This document shows positions 1-38,882 of a stretch of DNA of 38,882 bases, one piece after another. Numbering within the stretch: the stretch's first letter is position 1; each line of letters starts with the position of its first letter. Position numbers and translations under genes: made by a program. The notes beneath the pieces were generated by a model. It was not told the origin of the DNA. It saw only the letters and a program-made list of their open reading frames with translations, and did no database searches. Source of the stretch: Octopus sinensis (Eukaryota); assembly GCF_006345805.1 (NCBI RefSeq), contig NW_021835845.1, positions 1 to 38,882 of the forward strand. The letters are read 5' to 3'.

Positions 1-69
1 AAATAATGTAAATAATGTACATAATTCCTCATCTGTTAAATATAGGACTGAATAAATTCATGGCCTTAC

Positions 70-32772
<32,703 letters not shown>

Positions 32773-33078
32773 CTAGCGGGATATAGAAAAAGGCACAGGG
32801 ACATTAATATGCAATAATAAAAAATACATAAATGATAAATGAAACAAAGAAAAAATAAACCACCAGAAATAACAACAACAGCAACAGCAACGACGACGAC
32901 GGCAACAATCAGAACAATGAGAAAAATGCAACTACACGAACGATCGACCTGCAAGAAATAGCAGCCAATTCACCTTCGAATCTCAGCCTAGATGGAGTTT
33001 TGTCGGTTTCGACGATAATCACACACACACATGCACACATGTATACATACACACTCTCACATATGTGTGTATGCATGG

Positions 33079-33120
<42 letters not shown>

Positions 33121-33121
<1 letters not shown>

Positions 33122-33755
33122 TAGCAGTATCGCCCGGCGTTGCTCGGGTTTGTGTAAGGGAAATAACTATATAGCATTTTTAGAGAGTTATAGCAAAAAT
33201 AGCAAAAAATGCGTTAAAAATGGAAAAAATATGATGGTAAATTTTTTTTTAAATCGTTGACTCATCGTAGACATTTTTAGAGAGTTACTTCCCTTATATA
33301 ATAGCGAAAAAATGCATTAAAATGGAAAAAAAACGATGTAAATTTTTTTTTAAATCGTAGACTCATGTAGACGCTTTCTTAGCCATTTCTGTTTTGGTGT
33401 CTTCAAGCCATGAAGTCGTTGTTCTAAAAGAACACTGGTCTCCTTGACAACGCATTACGACGTTGATTTCCTTACACTCCCTTCCCCACAGGTGCAGGTG
33501 TGAGCGTGGACGCCAACTCCGCCGCCATCGACACACGAAAAATTATGCATTAAAATGGAATAAAAAATGATTGTTAAATTATTTTAAAATCGTAGACTCA
33601 TCGTAGACGCGCGCTAATATTCAGACGGGCTCGATATGAATCACGACTATAAGCTACCCGAATTTGGTTAAACTGCACCGCAAAATGTGGGAGTAGTTAG
33701 GAATCTAAATCGAAGGGGACAGACACTCACACAACTACAGTTTTATATATATAGA
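33121..33755 (-). mobile_element. Non-autonomous Helitron, same family, with an extra ~165-bp segment
   Basis: Reverse complement of the 19534 family termini, including hairpin and CTAG|T. Confidence 0.8.
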
Positions 33756-33771
33756 TATACATAGCGCAGTA

Positions 33772-34128
33772 GTGGTGAGATGTGACAGCAAAGAAAAGCA
33801 TACATTCACTCTCTGCATGCAATTAGACTCGGAAAGTTCGTGAGGAACCCATTGACCCAATTTGCTGACTTTTCCGATAGCACACAGGTCTCAATGAATG
33901 GTTGAATGACCAAATCCAAGCTTCTCTGCTAGTTCCTCAACAGTTACGATGAGATTTTGTTCCACCAGGGTTTTCAGGATGTCCTTGTCGAGTTCTACAG
34001 ATCTTTCAGGATGAGGCTCGTCTTCTAGGCTGTAGTTTATGGCTCGGGATTTCTGGAACCCACATTGACACTGCCTTACGCTTATTGTCCAATCCCCATA
34101 TACTCTGCATTAATATTTCTTGTACTTT
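33772..34128 (-). pseudogene. Tc1/mariner transposase relic (N-terminal HTH region)
   Basis: Translates as RNINA/VYGDWTISVRQCQCGFQK..SLEDEPHPERS..LVEQN..TVEELAEKLGFGHSTIH*DLCAIGKVSKLGQWVPHELSE. Mariner WVPHEL motif, one frameshift, one stop. Confidence 0.9.
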
Positions 34129-34444
34129 GCACACATTTATATTCTGTTATTCTTTTATATGTTTCAGCCTTGAGGTTGTGGCCATGCTGGATCATGTGTG
34201 TGTGTGGTGGGTGTGTGTGTTCTATCTGTCTGTCTGTCTGTATGTATATAGTATATGTATGTGTGTGAACAATAATATTTTCAACAGATGTGTTGCAAAT
34301 GTATCTGATTGTTCTCAAGCTTCAATACTGTGTGTGTGTGTATGTGTGTGTGTGTATGTATGTATGTATATGTATGTATGTATATGTATGTATGTATGTA
34401 TGTGTGTATGTATGTATGTGTGTGTGTATGTATGTGTGTGTGTA

Positions 34445-34475
<31 letters not shown>

Positions 34476-35233
34476 ATGTATGTATGTATGTATGTATGTA
34501 TGTATGTATGAGTGTATGTTTACTTTATTACCAACACAAGCCACTACGGTTATTTAATGAAAGTCTTCCTCAAATCACTCTCTCTCTCGCTATTTTCACT
34601 CACTCTTAGCTCTTAGCTTCCCATACATTTTACTCATGTATCTATCAGCGTCATAGACAGAATACTTTCAGTTTAGTCTTCCTCAAATCACTCTTGTCGC
34701 TATTTACTTTCATTTTATTCGTTGCCCACTGTGTGTGTGCGTTTGCGTGTGGTGTAAACCAGACTAAGAAAAGCACTTGAACACACACACCAGAATGTGA
34801 GTTTTCTGTAAATTTTGCTTAATTGGAGTTTAAATTTTAAAAACTGGACCTGGCATGACGCGATGCATTGTACTCTCAAAAATGCTAGGTAAATTGTAAT
34901 TGAAGAAATCCTATATTGTAGATTTGTATAACTCCCAAAGGGAGGCAGATAAAATCTGCCTTTTATAATAAGAGATATATATATTTAACAATTAAGGATA
35001 AAATCTTAATAAGGAATCTTAACAAGAAATTATCAAGTAGTTAGCGTGAAAAACCTCATAAGAGAAAAAATCCGAAAATAATTTTTTCACTTGAAAATAT
35101 TTATTTATATTGTATAGAGGGCATTATTACACATAAATGCCACACGCTAAGAGGGAAATAAGTCATTACTACCAAAATTTAACTAATCATACCGAATGCA
35201 GCTCTCGAAGCAAGACATTTAAAAAACTGAATT

Positions 35234-35518
35234 CATACTAATATGGCATTCTTATAAAAATAAGAATAAAGCTGTCCGCTTATTAGCTCCATGAGGCCAT
35301 CGCCTTAAGTTAGCTATTTGATACACAAACTGTATCCATATAACCCCGAAACGCGTCTGTAGCTGCCGGCCAAGTAGTGTGGAGCGACTGACCTCCCTTG
35401 TTCAAAGGTTATATGGATACAGTTTGTGTATCAAATAGCTAACTTAAGGCGATGGCCTCATGGAGCTAATAAGCGGACAGCTTTTTTCTTATTTTTATAA
35501 GAATGCCATATTAGTATG
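35234..35518. repeat. 112-bp-arm inverted repeat (probable PLE inverted pseudo-LTR remnant)
   Basis: 35234-35345 vs 35407-35518 with one mismatch. The 61-bp spacer begins CCGAAACGCGTC. Confidence 0.85.
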
Positions 35519-35552
35519 GCGATAAAATAATATATATAAATTATTATATATA

Positions 35553-35615
<63 letters not shown>

Positions 35616-35741
35616 CATAATTATCTTTTACCGTTTCTGAACTCCGCGTGTGATCTCAGCGGAAATCTTATTGCCGACGAACGGGAACATGAAACTCTGA
35701 GTTACAGCTTCTGTTATATTTCTGCTGCTTTTAAATAAAGC

Positions 35742-36060
<319 letters not shown>

Positions 36061-36509
36061 TCTCTTCCTTCTACTTCATCTCTCTCCTCTATACGATATA
36101 AAGCTTGACATGGCGAAACCAACCAACCAACCATCCAACCACCCATCCAACCACCCATCCAACCACCCATCCAACCAGCCAATCGACATGAATATCTACT
36201 CCTATTACACAGAGGAGACACACTTATGCGTAATCATTGATATACTTTGCCATGTTACCAAATGCCTATGTAACCATAGCTGTACGCTGGTCAAGAAGTT
36301 CGCTTCTTTGACCCAGGTCAAGAGTAGTTCGCTTTTCACGTATCTTGTTTTGTTTGTATTTTCTTTTTTCAGTTTGTTTTTTAATTTTATTTTCATGTAA
36401 CCTGTATCTTCTTGCTCAACACACATCACATTGAATAGCGACGGACTACGTTACTTTATTTTAATAATATACTTAATTACGGCAACATTTCAACAACGTA
36501 GTAGAAGCA

Positions 36510-36709
36510 GTAGTAATGACAACAACAACAACAATAATAATAATAATAATAATTTTCAACTAGCAATAACCACGCCTCTATTTACCTCATTGGTAATAAT
36601 AATAATAGTAATAATAGTAATGATAATAATAATAATAATAATAATAATAATAGTAATGATAATAATAATAATAATAATAATAATGATAGTAATGATAATA
36701 ATAATAATT

Positions 36710-36775
<66 letters not shown>

Positions 36776-36971
36776 GTATACTATGAGTTTCTTTGCCCTA
36801 GGAGTCGGGAAGACACTCGGCAAGAAATGGAATCAAATTTGAAAGAAGAAAAAAAAAGTAATAATAATAATAATAATAATAATAATCATAATAATAATAA
36901 TTTTCAACTAGCAATAACCACGCCTCGGATTTACCTCATTGGTAATAATAATAATAGTAATAATAGTAATG

Positions 36972-37025
<54 letters not shown>

Positions 37026-37037
37026 GTAATGATAATG

Positions 37038-37082
<45 letters not shown>

Positions 37083-37115
37083 GTAATGATAATAATAATA
37101 ATTTTAATAATAATA

Positions 37116-37160
<45 letters not shown>

Positions 37161-37287
37161 CATAATAATAATAATTTTCAACTAGCAATAACTACGCCTC
37201 GGATTTACCTCATTGGTAATAATAATAATAGTAATGATAATATAATAATAATAAGACAATAATAATAATAATAATAATAATGTAATG

Positions 37288-37347
<60 letters not shown>

Positions 37348-37368
37348 GTAATGATAATAATAATAATT

Positions 37369-37403
<35 letters not shown>

Positions 37404-37479
37404 CATAATAATAATAATTTTCAACTAGCAATAACCACGCCTCGGATTTACCTCATTCGTAATAATAATAATAGTAATG

Positions 37480-37522
<43 letters not shown>
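36510..37522. repeat. (AAT)n array with four copies of a ~43-bp unit (compound minisatellite)
   Basis: TTTTCAACTAGCAATAACCACGCCTCGGATTTACCTCATTGGT at 36553, 36901, 37175, 37418. Confidence 0.93.
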
Positions 37523-37524
<2 letters not shown>

Positions 37525-38152
37525 GATTTCCTAACGTCAATAGCTTCCGCAATAACAGAGTGGGTACTCATGCAGCTAACCAACGAAACAAACAAACAAC
37601 GAATAAAAATAAGAATCACACAAAACATAATTTGGTGGTTGCCCGGCTGTGTTGAGTGGTGGAAAATATGGCGCACGAGCGTGTACTGCGCGCGTATTTC
37701 CATAAAAAGGCATAGACATCAGCAACGTTATTAACACTTCGTTTCCGAGTTTATCTAAGATGTGTTATTTTTATTATTTTTATTATCAAGTCTGTATAAT
37801 AATCAAAGTAAAATTTCGCTTGAAAAATAAAACAGATTTGCTACAGTGGAAAGAAAGGTCTTTGAAATTAATGTAGGCGTAGGACTTTATAGAAGATGCC
37901 GACAGGAAAGCGAGAGATATATTGATAAGCAAAAGAAAATTTACCGCCATTGCGTAAAATATTTACGCCAGATAGATCACAGACTGTAATGGCGTTGTTC
38001 CCTGTCTCAACAGAATCTCTTCAGAAAAGGATGAGTAAAAAACATATTTTCTTGAAGAAGGATACTGTGTTGTTATTAATTAGTTTATTAAAAATAAAAG
38101 ATGAAGGATGAAGGTGATAACAACAGAAACAACACAGATAATGATGATGACA

Positions 38153-38197
<45 letters not shown>

Positions 38198-38322
38198 ACG
38201 AGGAGGAGGAGGAGGTGAGGAGGAATTTTTTATTGGCCACAAGGGCCTGAGAAATTAGAGAACTACATCGAAAGACGAAATACATCAGACAAAAAGTTGA
38301 GGCTTACATATATCCCAAAAGA

Positions 38323-38359
<37 letters not shown>

Positions 38360-38404
38360 TAATAATAATAATAAAATAATAATAATAATAATATAATAAT
38401 AGTG

Positions 38405-38465
<61 letters not shown>

Positions 38466-38469
38466 GATG

Positions 38470-38505
<36 letters not shown>

Positions 38506-38554
38506 TAGTGATATACTAATAATAATATAATAATAATAATAATAATAAATAATA

Positions 38555-38586
<32 letters not shown>

Positions 38587-38632
38587 GTGATAATAATAAT
38601 AATAAAATATAATAATAATAATAATAATAGTG

Positions 38633-38680
<48 letters not shown>

Positions 38681-38696
38681 TAATAATCAATAATAT

Positions 38697-38734
<38 letters not shown>

Positions 38735-38755
38735 AATAATAGTGTAATAATAAAA

Positions 38756-38799
<44 letters not shown>

Positions 38800-38812
38800 T
38801 AGTGATAATAAT
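38323..38812. repeat. (AAT)n microsatellite
   Basis: Directly visible. Confidence 0.95.
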
Positions 38813-38882
38813 GACGAGTTTGAAAATGCAAAGGACTTTTAGAGATGTTTATTGACCACACCGATTTCACTTGTCAAAAGCT

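Noticed and set aside
34943-34976. Helitron-like 5' end with GGCAGA...TCTGCC hairpin (similar motif near 22821)
   Set aside because: No matching 3' hairpin-CTAG terminus found, so not called as an element.
35671-35707. Hammerhead-like CCGACGA...GAAACTCTGAGTTA
   Set aside because: Core mutated, stem II broken and stem I register inconsistent; possibly a PLE relic but unsupported.
36205-36429. 74-aa minus-strand ORF as an upstream ITPR exon
   Set aside because: No similarity to the IP3R N-terminus and no convincing splice sites.
36553-37460. CRISPR-like repeat-spacer array
   Set aside because: The 'spacers' are 200-300 bp of AAT microsatellite, the context is eukaryotic and there are no cas genes.

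Overview
Eukaryotic, AT-rich, microsatellite-laden genomic DNA. The SINE, Helitron and Penelope content and the (TA)n/(TATG)n/(AAT)n load look like an Octopus-type cephalopod genome (inference). The only real gene is a minus-strand inositol 1,4,5-trisphosphate receptor (ITPR)-like gene. I could splice 15 GT-AG exons (32772 down to 70; 1500 nt, 500 codons, no stops, all phases compatible). They cover the end of the suppressor domain, the MIR/beta-trefoil region and the start of the RIH region; both ends of the gene lie outside the window. The protein is a divergent IP3R paralogue with a partly altered IP3-binding signature. The introns hold three tRNA-derived SINE families, non-autonomous Helitrons, a mariner transposase relic, a 4.2-kb (AAT)n array and several Penelope-like element (PLE) remnants. 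The most notable structures are a ~1.73-kb-arm inverted repeat made of a PLE 3' end with an intact type I hammerhead ribozyme in each arm, a dispersed ~220-bp family with minimal hammerheads, and a GC-rich ~500-bp insert that is a chain of hairpins. These mostly fit known element classes; I cannot claim a new system from sequence alone. Nearly all long ORFs in the supplied track are microsatellite artefacts.
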